64,000 bases of DNA from contig OX442314.1 of assembly GCA_949358305.1 (NCBI GenBank), positions 992,001 to 1,056,000 of the forward strand, in the 5' to 3' direction. This document shows, one piece after another, positions 10,902 through 22,823 of this stretch. The stretch's first letter is position 1. Every line of letters begins with the position of its first letter. The notes under the pieces were generated by a model that was given only the letters and a program-made list of their open reading frames with translations, searched no databases and was not told where the DNA came from. The position numbers were made by a program, and so were the translations under genes. The DNA comes from Strigamia acuminata (lineage: Eukaryota).

Positions 10902-11369
10902 ATGTATAAGATACATAAAGTGAATCTATCTCCGAATCAACAACGAAAAATATCCAAGTCTGTCAAAAAAAAGATACCCTTGCATTTAAGATTGAAATAC
11001 GAACAATTAAACGGCAATCATGGCTTGTCTCTTACGGATAGACAAATAAACAAGATCAAAAAAGCCGGTTCTAAAAAGAAAGGCATGACTTTGAGTATAC
11101 CTTCGAATCAAATTAAACAATCTGGCGGATTTTTCCCTTTATTACTTCCACTATTGGGGGCTTTAGGCGGTCTCGCTGGCGGTGCGGCAGGAATTGCCAA
11201 AGCTGTCGATGAGGCAAAAACCAACAAGAGAATGCTCGATGAGACAAAACGTCATAATGCAGTTTCAGAAGGTAAAGGAATGCAATTCGCAAAAAAAAAA
11301 TCGCGGAAACGCAAGTCTGGAAAAGGTTTTTACTTGAAACCTTACGGCTCACTGGTGACAAAAAAATAA
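10902..11369 (+). CDS. Basic core protein resembling adenovirus pX/Mu precursor
   Basis: QSGG|FFPLLLPLLGALGGLAGGAAGIAKAV resembles the adenoviral pX GGFLPxLIPxIAAAIG segment. Lys-rich, with further GKG sites. Confidence 0.8.
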   Translation: MYKIHKVNLSPNQQRKISKSVKKKIPLHLRLKYEQLNGNHGLSLTDRQINKIKKAGSKKKGMTLSIPSNQIKQSGGFFPLLLPLLGALGGLAGGAAGIAKAVDEAKTNKRMLDETKRHNAVSEGKGMQFAKKKSRKRKSGKGFYLKPYGSLVTKK

Positions 11370-11737
11370 AACCGCTAGATTCGTTGCAGTTGGAGGAACT
11401 GGCCAGACGAATGAAAATTTCATTTTTTAGAGGAGTGTTTTCGAGAGATACTTTACCCGTCAAACCACGATCGAAAGAATGTGGAATTATTAATTTGAAC
11501 ACGCACCACGAAAGCGGAAGTCATTGGGTGGCATACAGTAAAATTGGAAATAAGAAGCTGTACTTCGATAGTTTCGGAGACTTGCCACCCCCGTTGGAAT
11601 TATACGATTATCTGGGAGACAACATAAAATACAATTACAATCAGTATCAAAATTTTGACGAAATTACTTGCGGCCATTTGTGCTTATATGTTTTAAAAAA
11701 ATGGAGGAAAGAAGAAAAAAAAATAATTAAAAAATAG
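11366..11737 (+). CDS. Adenain-like cysteine protease, copy 2 (start uncertain; first ATG at 11411)
   Basis: Motifs FRGVFSRDTLP, IINL, GSHWVAY (His), YFDSFG (Asp) and YQ...CGHLCL (Gln, Cys). Confidence 0.9.
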   Translation: MKPLDSLQLEELARRMKISFFRGVFSRDTLPVKPRSKECGIINLNTHHESGSHWVAYSKIGNKKLYFDSFGDLPPPLELYDYLGDNIKYNYNQYQNFDEITCGHLCLYVLKKWRKEEKKIIKK

Positions 11738-13158
11738 TTTTTTTCCCTTCTATTAAAAAAATGGTAAGCGTAAATAAACTAGGAGACGATTATCGTCTTA
11801 ACGCAGTGCATAAATTGGGCAAACGTCAACGTCGAGAAGTAGATGAGGTTCTCGCAGATCACGTTGGTTACGATGCATTATCCGATCTAGAAAAAAAAAT
11901 TTTTGACGAGATCACAAAGACTAAAAATGCCCTGAAAGCTGCTTGCGATTCTATAATTAACGATTTGAACGCATTAAAACGTACCGTACAAGATCAAGCT
12001 ACTAAGCTAACGGGGCAAGGCGAAGGAATTGATACGGAGGATATTGATAAACTCAAAAATGATATTGCCTATGCTACTATAAAATATGGAACGTTGGAAC
12101 AAGATTTGATTAAGAAAATTAAAGAATTAGAAGCGAACATTAAGATATTAGTAGATAATGCGACTGCTTCCGGTGGTGTAGAAGTTGACGAAAAACAAAT
12201 AAGCGCATTAGAAATCAAAATCAAAGACTTGATAAATGACGTTAAATCCGAGTTGGAATCTGCGATCGAAGATTTAAAGACTGGGTTGGAGACGTTGACT
12301 AATAGCTTAATCCAGAATAAAACCGATTATGATACAAAAATAAACGAAGCATTGGATGAAGTAGAAACCAAAATCCAGAACTTAGACGTGGACAAAATCA
12401 GAACCAACATCGAGGCATCAAATGACAAGATAAAACAAGCACAGGATGATATAAAAAAGTTAGAAAAAAGTGTGGAAAATGAGGTTAAAGCCTTGCAAAC
12501 CAAAATCAAAGCTTTACCCGCAAAATTTGGTGTTAGTAGCGAAAGTACGGAAGACTTAAAAACCAAAATTGAAGCGGCGAAAGCGGAGCTAGACACAGTC
12601 AGTACTGCCATTCAAAAAGATCTGGACGAGACTAAACTTAAATTAAACGAGTACGTAGACGAAAATTCCGTAAAGTCAGATAAAATGCAAACGAGCGTCA
12701 ACGAGGTTACCGATAAAATCAAATTAGCCAACGAACAAATAATAACGTTGCAGGAAAACATGTTGTCCATTTTGACATCCGTTCAAGAAGAAATATCAAA
12801 AATTAGCGCAATTCCGAGCGTTGACAAATCAAGTTTTGCTCCGGCTGCTTTGGCCGGCACTGTCGATACGGTAGAAGCCACGTTAAATTCTAACATCGAA
12901 GCGAACAAAATAGAAGTTAATAAGAAATTGACGGAATTAGAAGACAAAATATCAAATCTAAATATTCCCGAAGTAGAAGAACAGGCCGATTTAGTGCTAG
13001 GGTTCGTACATTCGCAACGGACCGATTGGTTTTTGAAGGTGTCCAAAGAATGGAAATTATTTGCACATAATGGGAAGTTTTATACTCCTCATTACGGGCA
13101 TATAACGCGAATCAGTTTATACATGTATGCTACTACAGCAGAATACACAGTAATACCT

Positions 13159-15072
13159 TGTGACGGTGACGACCACAACTCCCATTTAACAATGGTACCG
13201 GGAAGAGATCGCAATAAATAAACAGTGAATACAATACGAGATAAATACAAGACAGTTTATTGTTGGTAAACAATAATATCAAGGCTAAATTATACATAGG
13301 ACTAATGCCGACATTTGGCAAGTTAAATCAGCTATTAAACTATACAAAGAATTGGCCAACTGGCCCTAGAATAATATCACTACGGGTCTGGAATATGGGA
13401 GCGGTTTCCCCATCGCTCGACCTGATTATAGATGTCATCTTAAGCCGGATGGCTGTGTCCTGGAGTCCGATACGGCTTCGCTGGTTTCCTTGGTTCGCTG
13501 TGTAAACTATCGCACGTCGATAAATCGAATGATCTGAGCATTGCGGTTGACTTTGTCTGCACCGCCACAACTTTGGGAGGATATTGGTGTAAGTAAATGT
13601 ATTCATTTACTTATCAATATTCCACTTATGAATTATATTTAATTCATATCGTTGTGAATTCTTATTTAGATATTTCGGGAATAAGTTGTCGTCAACTTAT
13701 CGGTTATATTGAGTTCAATATGAGATTAAGTCTTCTGACTTGATTTTGGTCCAACTGGTTGTCGAGTTTAAGTTTTGCTGTTATAAATAAAATGAAGATT
13801 AAGCTTCCCGTCGCAACACACAATTGCCATCGATTAGAATATACGCCTTGCCATGCAGAACGGTATCAAGCGTCCCCGGCGTCGCAGCACGGTCGTCCAT
13901 CGAGTGGTTGACGGTACCACGTACACAGGGGTCGATAGCTCGCGGCTCCGCACAGCAGTTTTATCTCTCGCGGTACTAATAATAGACCGACTGCTTTGGC
14001 ATCGAATACCATGAGAATCAGCTTGCCAAACACTTGGTGCTACTCGTGGTTACTGTAAAACAGACTGCTTTGGCACCATCAGGTGAAGGAACCGATTCTC
14101 AACAATACCGATGCTACTCGTGGTAACGGAATACGTTCATACCGAAAAAGACAACTTGGTCCTGTCCGGAGGATACTGAATTGCACAACGGCGGGTTCTC
14201 CTTCGGCGTCGCAACCGTAGACTGTAACATTTATGCAACATAATAATCCCAGCACTTCGACTTCAATTGCCGGCGGTGGCATGATTCTGTAGAATCATGC
14301 AACGGTTCTTTGCGAATAAATCAACAAAGAACCAAAAGGTTTTTTACGTGAACAACGAATCATATTTCTTAAGTAACAATACCAAACAGAAAATAATCAA
14401 ACAGAGCTGCGGAATGGCCGATTGTTTGGGTTTATATAACCTGACTGGATTTAAGGATTAATCCAGTCATCCAATTGGAACATGGGTTCCACGAATCCCT
14501 CCAATCCCGTATCACCGGAAGTGGATACGGAGGAGCATTTATGCAAATTATGCTAATCCTTGTTACAACCGGAACTGGATACCCAGGACCGGAAATGGGT
14601 TCCACCAATCAGATTGATCGGTTGACCGATTGATCGCTAAACATTCTGTCCCGCAGAAATGGAAGTTACATTGTATTTAACAATGTCAGATACTTAATAT
14701 ATATTTATATTAATATTTAACACAATTTATTCACTTGATTAAATATACGTTTATATTTAATCATGAGGTTTTCAAGTTCGTATTCGAATTTATCGCTAAT
14801 TGCGATCGCGCCATCTAGTGGCAATATGGAGCATTGACAAATGCGGGTTTTAGCAGACGAATCTTCGTAATTATGCCGTGATACTTTAGTATCATGTGGA
14901 AATTAGTGTTTATTCTTAATAAACGAACATCTTTGTATTTGAAACATCATAAATGACTTTATTCTAGACATTTATCAGTTTTACACAGAATATTGTAAAA
15001 ATACCATCATATTGGCGCAACAGCGCTTTCTTGATAGAAAATAGGCATTTATAGCCATTGTAAACCGTCATA
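13159..15072 (-). repeat. 3' LTR (1914 bp)
   Basis: Appears identical to 20910-22823. Termini on the plus strand are TGTGACGGT...ACCGTCATA. Confidence 0.95.
14808..14821 (-). promoter_or_regulatory. CTCF-like motif CCACTAGATGGCGC in the LTR (also at 22559-22572)
   Basis: Matches the CTCF core consensus CCACYAGRKGGCR. Confidence 0.5.
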
Positions 15073-15085
15073 CATCCCCCTTAAT
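15073..15085 (-). other. Polypurine tract
   Basis: Minus strand ATTAAGGGGGATG directly precedes the 3' LTR. Confidence 0.8.
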
Positions 15086-15667
15086 AACACAACTATATAA
15101 TATTTTATAGAGTTTTCGTTATTCTCCTAATTAGCATAAATGCTATTTTCGGACTTGATGTATCTTGGAGATACCGTGACTTCCAATTTCGAATTTGAGT
15201 TTACATAAACTAACTTGAATTATCTAAGTTCTGATTTTCTGCCGAAATAATCTTTTCTAATAGCCTAAATTCAAGTCCAGAATTTATTTCCAAGTCTTCT
15301 TTTTGAAGAAACTTTCGTCATACATAAAATCATCATTTGTGTTATCACAAAATATTTATTTCATATGCCTAGTCAGATGTATCGCTATAAATATACAATA
15401 AATAGCTTTTAGATGATAAGAGTTGACAATTTAAGAATCAAAATGTCCCCCTTAATTGTCATGACCGGAGTCACTTGGTATTCTTTGTACAATTGACTAA
15501 TTTTAATTTAAACTAGTTGTCTTTTAATACTGTAATATTACTTTTCGAGAATTGTTAATTTTAACTTTATATTTTGTCCCCCTTTTCTTTAGAAGAGAGG
15601 TCATGATTTTTAGAAGAGGATTTTCTGTTTACACTATAATCGGGGAATCTTTGTGTATCATATCATG

Positions 15668-17161
15668 TTAATCAACATGATTCTTTGCTAAATATTGAGC
15701 TCGCATATTTGCGAATTTCCGAGATCTCTCAGCCTGCTGTACTGATTTCTTTCGACGTTTTTCCTTTGGGCAGTTACATACAGTGTACTGACTTGGCAGT
15801 GTAAATGACCGTGACGACCCAACTTTTTGTTTTAGGTCATCTCTGGAAAACCATACATGAATGGGACCCTCATTGGAAAACCATACGTGGAAAGGACCCA
15901 TATTTGGAATTGTGAAATCCCGCAACAAACGAGGGGATCTATATTTGACTCTAAGTCGTGGAACTGATGATTGGAAACCTGGGTTTTCAGTCAGTTTTTG
16001 AACATGTTGGTTTGTACTTGAAGTTTCTTCATCACCAGCTGGACTTGGTGACCGAAAACGCTTTTTTGAAGTTCTTAATTCCTCTCGTTGAGATGAATTA
16101 TTCTGGATATTGCAGGGTTGCTTTCCAGACGCAAATTGTTGTATCTCCGTCAGATTGACGACTGGGACGGGTTTTAGTCGTTGGTTACGGTATTGATTTC
16201 GAAATACGAATTGTTGCGCTTCGTTTATATTTTTAAATTCAGCTGAATTTAACTGGTATTGTTTACAATACTGTTCGAATTGATACCGGATCTCCCGTGG
16301 GTTAGTCAAAAAACTTTCTTTTTTAGGTTTAAAATCATTCTCATTATCGTGTTGGTAATACTTTTTCAAGGGAAAAGTTTGCTTGACCTTTTTTCGATTT
16401 GAAATGGGCGTTAGGTAGAATTGTCTTGGCTGGGGACTCTTCTTGGTAGACAAATCATACGTCCGCAAACATGAGTTTGTGATCGGCGATCGGGCACGTT
16501 GTTGTACGTTATTTGACTGCAAATGTTTGTTTGGAGTCCGAATATCTTTCCTTTGCGTTGATATTGGTGGCCCAAAACTTTTGTTTACGGTTCCCAATTC
16601 TTTTGATAGCGGTAGGTTAATCGACAGATTAAGGCTAGCCACATATCGTTGTGCTTCAGCTGGATTAGCATATCGAACTGAAATTAGCTGATCTCGATTG
16701 TAAACGAGTTTTAATTTGTTCTGAACAACCGACTGGTTAGTTAACGAACTCTCTGGACGAGAATTATTAGGTTTATAATTCTCTTCCCCCTTATCTACCG
16801 AATTAGGTGGTTTAAACTTTTCTAACTTAGATCCCCTACTGGATGTTTGAAACATAGTATGAGAATCTTGATTCACTAAGTTTCGGCTGTATGTTTGTGG
16901 ATTCCGTACTGGATCTTGATGTGAAGATTGAGATTGGGTACGATCTCGCCAGTTCCTAGCTTTTACATAGTCTGAAGCTTCGATTATATTTTTAAACTTG
17001 GTTTTATCCAGTCCATGACGATTACAATACAGAGTAAAATGATCGGGAATCTTTTCTGTTTGATCGCCAAGTGGTACAGAACTTAAATTTAAGTTTGTCT
17101 GCTTATTATTTCCTTTTGGATCGATCATATTCAATGGTTTTTGAGCCATAAAAAAATTCAA
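15668..17161 (-). CDS. Orphan 497-codon ORF of the LTR element (sense orientation; likely start ATG at 17149)
   Basis: Uninterrupted 1.5-kb ORF with an internal duplicated motif, FTLYCNRHGLDKTKFKNIIEA / FEQYCKQYQLNSAEFKNINEA. No gag, pol or env motifs seen. Confidence 0.65.
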   Translation of the reverse strand: MNFFMAQKPLNMIDPKGNNKQTNLNLSSVPLGDQTEKIPDHFTLYCNRHGLDKTKFKNIIEASDYVKARNWRDRTQSQSSHQDPVRNPQTYSRNLVNQDSHTMFQTSSRGSKLEKFKPPNSVDKGEENYKPNNSRPESSLTNQSVVQNKLKLVYNRDQLISVRYANPAEAQRYVASLNLSINLPLSKELGTVNKSFGPPISTQRKDIRTPNKHLQSNNVQQRARSPITNSCLRTYDLSTKKSPQPRQFYLTPISNRKKVKQTFPLKKYYQHDNENDFKPKKESFLTNPREIRYQFEQYCKQYQLNSAEFKNINEAQQFVFRNQYRNQRLKPVPVVNLTEIQQFASGKQPCNIQNNSSQREELRTSKKRFRSPSPAGDEETSSTNQHVQKLTENPGFQSSVPRLRVKYRSPRLLRDFTIPNMGPFHVWFSNEGPIHVWFSRDDLKQKVGSSRSFTLPSQYTVCNCPKEKRRKKSVQQAERSRKFANMRAQYLAKNHVD

Positions 17162-20100
17162 AATCTGACGATTTTAATTCTTTAATTTATAAAGAAGACG
17201 AATATAATACACTTTTCAACAAGAAACACTTCTAAACTTTACTTTTGACAAAATAAAATTAAACTTCGCGTTTGTTTGACACGTGTTAGCTTTTGCAGGT
17301 TACACGGCACACAAAATTCGAATCGTGACTGAAATCGGGACGGCGTGGTCAAGATGACTCTGGAACACGTCTTCTGGTCTGGTCTGGATGCGAATGATCA
17401 GTATCTGATCTGGTCCTCCTTTAATAGCAGGGGGCTGGGGATCCCTAGATCTCCCAACTTCTGATTGGCGGATGTTAGTGTCGGCCAATGGTATAAAGGA
17501 CGTTACATCTATTTAGTAGTTCTCTACTAAGTCCGTTCCCTTCGAGATTCAATTTTACCGATAAAATAAAATTCCTTCGGGAAGACATTCGTAAAATATT
17601 GTATTTTTCAAATGAAAATAAAATAAACTTACTTCAATCTTCTTGAACTTTGGGATTTTTACCAATCCAAATAATTAAATAACTTTTCTTCAAAAAATAT
17701 TTTTCTTTTAATTATTCCGTTAGTGTGTGATATCGTTACAACCACAACTTTAATAAAGTTTTCTCAAACTCTCAATTTTTCTTATTCTTATTCAATTATC
17801 GTTCAAATAATCATTCCTTTGTAATTGAAATCTATTTTCGATTCCCAACATTGTGTATTCATTTCCAATAGGAAGAATAATTTGACCAAGTCTTTACTTT
17901 TTCGGGTTTAAATTCCATTTTTCGAGTGTGAAAAAATAAATTTTCACCATCCATCTCCCCCTTTTTTAACAAATTTTTTTAACAAATAAAAATTCGTTAA
18001 AATTCTTTAAATTTGTTTTGCGAGAAAAATTATCTAATTCTCTAATCTTCCAAAAGAAAATATTCGAAATTTTACTTTAAACGATAAAGTTATTGGTACA
18101 AATGTGTACTTGTTTTTCGGGAGAAAACTATTCGACAATCCTTTAGACTTTTGGGTAAAAATTATTCATCAAATCTTTCTTTTTTGATGACAATTGCTTT
18201 GATTTTTCGAAAGAAAATATCTAGCTAAATTCCACTTTTCCTGAGCGGACAATTGTTTTCACAATTAGTTATTCCTTTGCGATATTTACGAAGGACGTGT
18301 CTTTGATTATTCGTTTTAATAATTTTCGTCCCCCTTATCTCTAATAACGAGATGTTTTTGCAGAGATCTTTTATCTTTTGAATGAAAGAATATTTAAATC
18401 TCAATTGTCGTAAATACCTTCATCTGCTGCAGCATTTCCTCAATTTGAACTTTTCAAATGAAAAGGCAAATCTGGAGAACTTTCACTGTCAAACTTCTAT
18501 TCCTATCGCGCCAAAATTCGTAATTCACTGGTTTGGAATTCCGTATAACACGTGACACAATAACAGTATCGATGTCACAATTAAGCAGTTTACTACTCGG
18601 TCCGCGCGAGGACATGTAAATTACTTTTTTCCGATAAAAATAATTTTTCTTTGAAAAATATTTGAAATTGATTTTTCACAACTACTTTTGAATGAAATAA
18701 AATGAAGTTATTCCAACTTTTCGTTAATTGCTCACACATAACATTCCCTTTACTGTGGGATTTGCATCGAAATTCCATTTTTAAAGAACCTTTCTTTTAC
18801 TTATCGCAAATAAAACATATTCAATCGTTTTTCTGATTAAACTTTAACACGTAAATTACGAACGAAATATATGATGACATTCCATTAACCTTTAGGAAAA
18901 TTGACTAAATTCTTAATTTTTAGAGAAAAATAATGTATCTAGAATCTTTCCTTTTCCGAATAAAATCTATGTTCAAAATAGAAGATAAATCTTGTGCAAT
19001 TCTTAGTTTTTTCGAATGGAAAAATACAACTTTTCATCAGCGGTGATTTATTTGATTTTTCCGAAAGAAAAATAATTACTTTGAAACTTATTTTCTTCGT
19101 TTAAATCAGCTATCTGATTTTAAAGCTTCAATCCAATTAAAAAATATTCGCTCCGTAAATATTTCATGTGGCAAAGTTCATAGCCACAAATGGATTTGTT
19201 ATTCCGGTTTTAAGAAATCATGTGGGAAAATGTCCGATTAGATTACTAAAAATATTCGTTGTTTTTCAAACAGCTAAATTTCATTTAGAAATTCTCAAAA
19301 TTTGGGAGACCCAAATATCGTTGGAAACTTAAAACACTGTTAAATTTCCGAAAGGAAAGATTGAATGAAATCCTTTTACTTTTCCGAGGGAAAGCGTTTA
19401 TCGTGATTCGTAACTTTCAATGTAAAAAATACTATTCTACGTGGTCGGCAACTTCATTCGCCGCCATTTTATATTTTCTTAATTTCCATTGTCCCGAAGG
19501 AAAAAATGTACTTTTTGTGAAAATAGTTAATTCCTTCAAATAAAGGTAATATTCATTTCGATTTGCAAATCTTTTCTGCGAAATGGAGTGTGTTGTTTTT
19601 CTCCAACAACTAAATTATCTTTGGTACCGATGGCAGTGGAAAAATTAGTTCGCGACACTTAAATAAATCTCTACGAACCTTCTGTAACATTTCTCCGCTG
19701 TCTTTTATCTGTTGTCCGCCATAATTTCCAAGCATTCGTTCGCACCTTGCGTTGAAGGTTTGAGTAGCTTCCCTGCTGCGTTTGATACGGAGATCGACGC
19801 GTATTGCTATGGCGCGTGGTCGCTGGCTATCGGTGTCGACGTACAGTTACAAGAAACTTAATTTCTTGTAAATATTTCCAAATAGTTGCGGTGTTTTCTT
19901 CGTTTTAACTTTTCAGGTGGAAAGATAAATTCGTAAGAAGTCCGCCTTCTAAACTTGTATGTTTTTAGCTTTTCGAAATAAAACAAACTTCGAAAAAAAT
20001 ATCTGTATTCTTATTTCACTCGAAACTTTTTTTTGATTTCTTATTTAAAATACTTCGTATTCCTTAAATTGTCGAACGAAAATAGTAAAGAGAGTTCACT

Positions 20101-20329
20101 AAACGTTTCCATTTCGTCAGTTTAACTTTTCACATGAAAATATAAACTGAAAATCTATTTGTCTGTTTTAACTAAAATTTTTTTGTTAATATCGGATTCA
20201 AGATTCGCTTTTGCAATTCGATCGAATTAATTTGCAACCTATTTCAGTGATCGTGTGATAGGTCTATAACTTCCGAAATTCCTAGTTAAAGGACAGTTTT
20301 GGTGTTTCTCAAGAAAATAAACATGGTTT

Positions 20330-20909
20330 GAAACTGGTCTGTTTTTTAACTAAATCTTTTAGTTAAATATTTATCTCAAAATTCACTTTTACAATTCTAT
20401 CGAATTTAATTGCAACCTAATCTCGGTGGGACCTCCACGTGTGAGATTAGGTGGTAGTCTTTGAAATCCCTAAAATCTTCAAACGAAAATAATGAAGGAA
20501 AATCTACTACGTATTTCTATTTCATCAGTTTAACTTCTTCACATGGAAATATAAACTGAGAATTTAATCTGTCTATTTTTAACTTAAATCTTTTAGTTAA
20601 ATATTTATCTCCAATATTCACTGTTGCAATTCAATCGAATTTAATTGCAACCTAATCTCGGTGGGACCTCCACGTGTGAGATTAGGTGGTAGTCTTTGAA
20701 ATCCCTAAAATCTTCAAACGAAAATAATGAAGGAAAATCTACTACGTATTTCTATTTCATCAGTTTAACTTCTTCACATGGAAATATAAACTGAGAATTT
20801 AATCTGTCTATTTTTAACTTAAATCTTTTAGTTAAATATTTATCTCCAATATTCACTGTTGCAATTCAATCGAATTTAATTGCAACCTAATCTCGGTGGG
20901 ACCTCCACG
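20330..20909 (-). repeat. 235-bp tandem repeat carrying three tRNA-Gln primer-binding sites
   Basis: AATCTCGGTGGGACCTCCA at 20419-20437, 20654-20672 and 20889-20907 matches the tRNA-Gln 3' end including CCA. A degenerate PBS-less unit lies at ~20070-20270. Confidence 0.88.
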
Positions 20910-22823
20910 TGTGACGGTGACGACCACAACTCCCATTTAACAATGGTACCGGGAAGAGATCGCAATAAATAAACAGTGAATACAATACGAGATAAATACA
21001 AGACAGTTTATTGTTGGTAAACAATAATATCAAGGCTAAATTATACATAGGACTAATGCCGACATTTGGCAAGTTAAATCAGCTATTAAACTATACAAAG
21101 AATTGGCCAACTGGCCCTAGAATAATATCACTACGGGTCTGGAATATGGGAGCGGTTTCCCCATCGCTCGACCTGATTATAGATGTCATCTTAAGCCGGA
21201 TGGCTGTGTCCTGGAGTCCGATACGGCTTCGCTGGTTTCCTTGGTTCGCTGTGTAAACTATCGCACGTCGATAAATCGAATGATCTGAGCATTGCGGTTG
21301 ACTTTGTCTGCACCGCCACAACTTTGGGAGGATATTGGTGTAAGTAAATGTATTCATTTACTTATCAATATTCCACTTATGAATTATATTTAATTCATAT
21401 CGTTGTGAATTCTTATTTAGATATTTCGGGAATAAGTTGTCGTCAACTTATCGGTTATATTGAGTTCAATATGAGATTAAGTCTTCTGACTTGATTTTGG
21501 TCCAACTGGTTGTCGAGTTTAAGTTTTGCTGTTATAAATAAAATGAAGATTAAGCTTCCCGTCGCAACACACAATTGCCATCGATTAGAATATACGCCTT
21601 GCCATGCAGAACGGTATCAAGCGTCCCCGGCGTCGCAGCACGGTCGTCCATCGAGTGGTTGACGGTACCACGTACACAGGGGTCGATAGCTCGCGGCTCC
21701 GCACAGCAGTTTTATCTCTCGCGGTACTAATAATAGACCGACTGCTTTGGCATCGAATACCATGAGAATCAGCTTGCCAAACACTTGGTGCTACTCGTGG
21801 TTACTGTAAAACAGACTGCTTTGGCACCATCAGGTGAAGGAACCGATTCTCAACAATACCGATGCTACTCGTGGTAACGGAATACGTTCATACCGAAAAA
21901 GACAACTTGGTCCTGTCCGGAGGATACTGAATTGCACAACGGCGGGTTCTCCTTCGGCGTCGCAACCGTAGACTGTAACATTTATGCAACATAATAATCC
22001 CAGCACTTCGACTTCAATTGCCGGCGGTGGCATGATTCTGTAGAATCATGCAACGGTTCTTTGCGAATAAATCAACAAAGAACCAAAAGGTTTTTTACGT
22101 GAACAACGAATCATATTTCTTAAGTAACAATACCAAACAGAAAATAATCAAACAGAGCTGCGGAATGGCCGATTGTTTGGGTTTATATAACCTGACTGGA
22201 TTTAAGGATTAATCCAGTCATCCAATTGGAACATGGGTTCCACGAATCCCTCCAATCCCGTATCACCGGAAGTGGATACGGAGGAGCATTTATGCAAATT
22301 ATGCTAATCCTTGTTACAACCGGAACTGGATACCCAGGACCGGAAATGGGTTCCACCAATCAGATTGATCGGTTGACCGATTGATCGCTAAACATTCTGT
22401 CCCGCAGAAATGGAAGTTACATTGTATTTAACAATGTCAGATACTTAATATATATTTATATTAATATTTAACACAATTTATTCACTTGATTAAATATACG
22501 TTTATATTTAATCATGAGGTTTTCAAGTTCGTATTCGAATTTATCGCTAATTGCGATCGCGCCATCTAGTGGCAATATGGAGCATTGACAAATGCGGGTT
22601 TTAGCAGACGAATCTTCGTAATTATGCCGTGATACTTTAGTATCATGTGGAAATTAGTGTTTATTCTTAATAAACGAACATCTTTGTATTTGAAACATCA
22701 TAAATGACTTTATTCTAGACATTTATCAGTTTTACACAGAATATTGTAAAAATACCATCATATTGGCGCAACAGCGCTTTCTTGATAGAAAATAGGCATT
22801 TATAGCCATTGTAAACCGTCATA
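20910..22823 (-). repeat. 5' LTR (1914 bp)
   Basis: Direct repeat of 13159-15072, followed on the minus strand by CG and the PBS. Confidence 0.95.

Larger units (their letters stand above)
13159..22823 (-). mobile_element. Non-autonomous LTR retroelement (LARD-like, 9665 bp) nested in the Polinton
   Basis: 1914-bp direct repeats, 4-bp TSD ACCT (13155-13158, 22824-22827), and PBS and PPT on the minus strand. No gag/pol ORF was seen. Confidence 0.93.

Noticed and set aside
10662..10916. 84-aa Tyr/Ile-rich ORF
   Set aside because: It is a translation of the AT microsatellite.
13133..14282. Short ORFs duplicated at 20887-22033
   Set aside because: They lie within the LTRs, have no recognisable motifs, and are duplicated only because the LTRs are.
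20889..20907. tRNA-Gln genes
   Set aside because: Only the 3' 19 nt, including an encoded CCA, are present, with no cloverleaf. This is a primer-binding site.
13159..22823. Assembly duplication explaining the 1.9-kb direct repeat
   Set aside because: The TSD, inverted LTR termini, PBS, PPT and in-frame rejoining of the target gene indicate a real LTR insertion.
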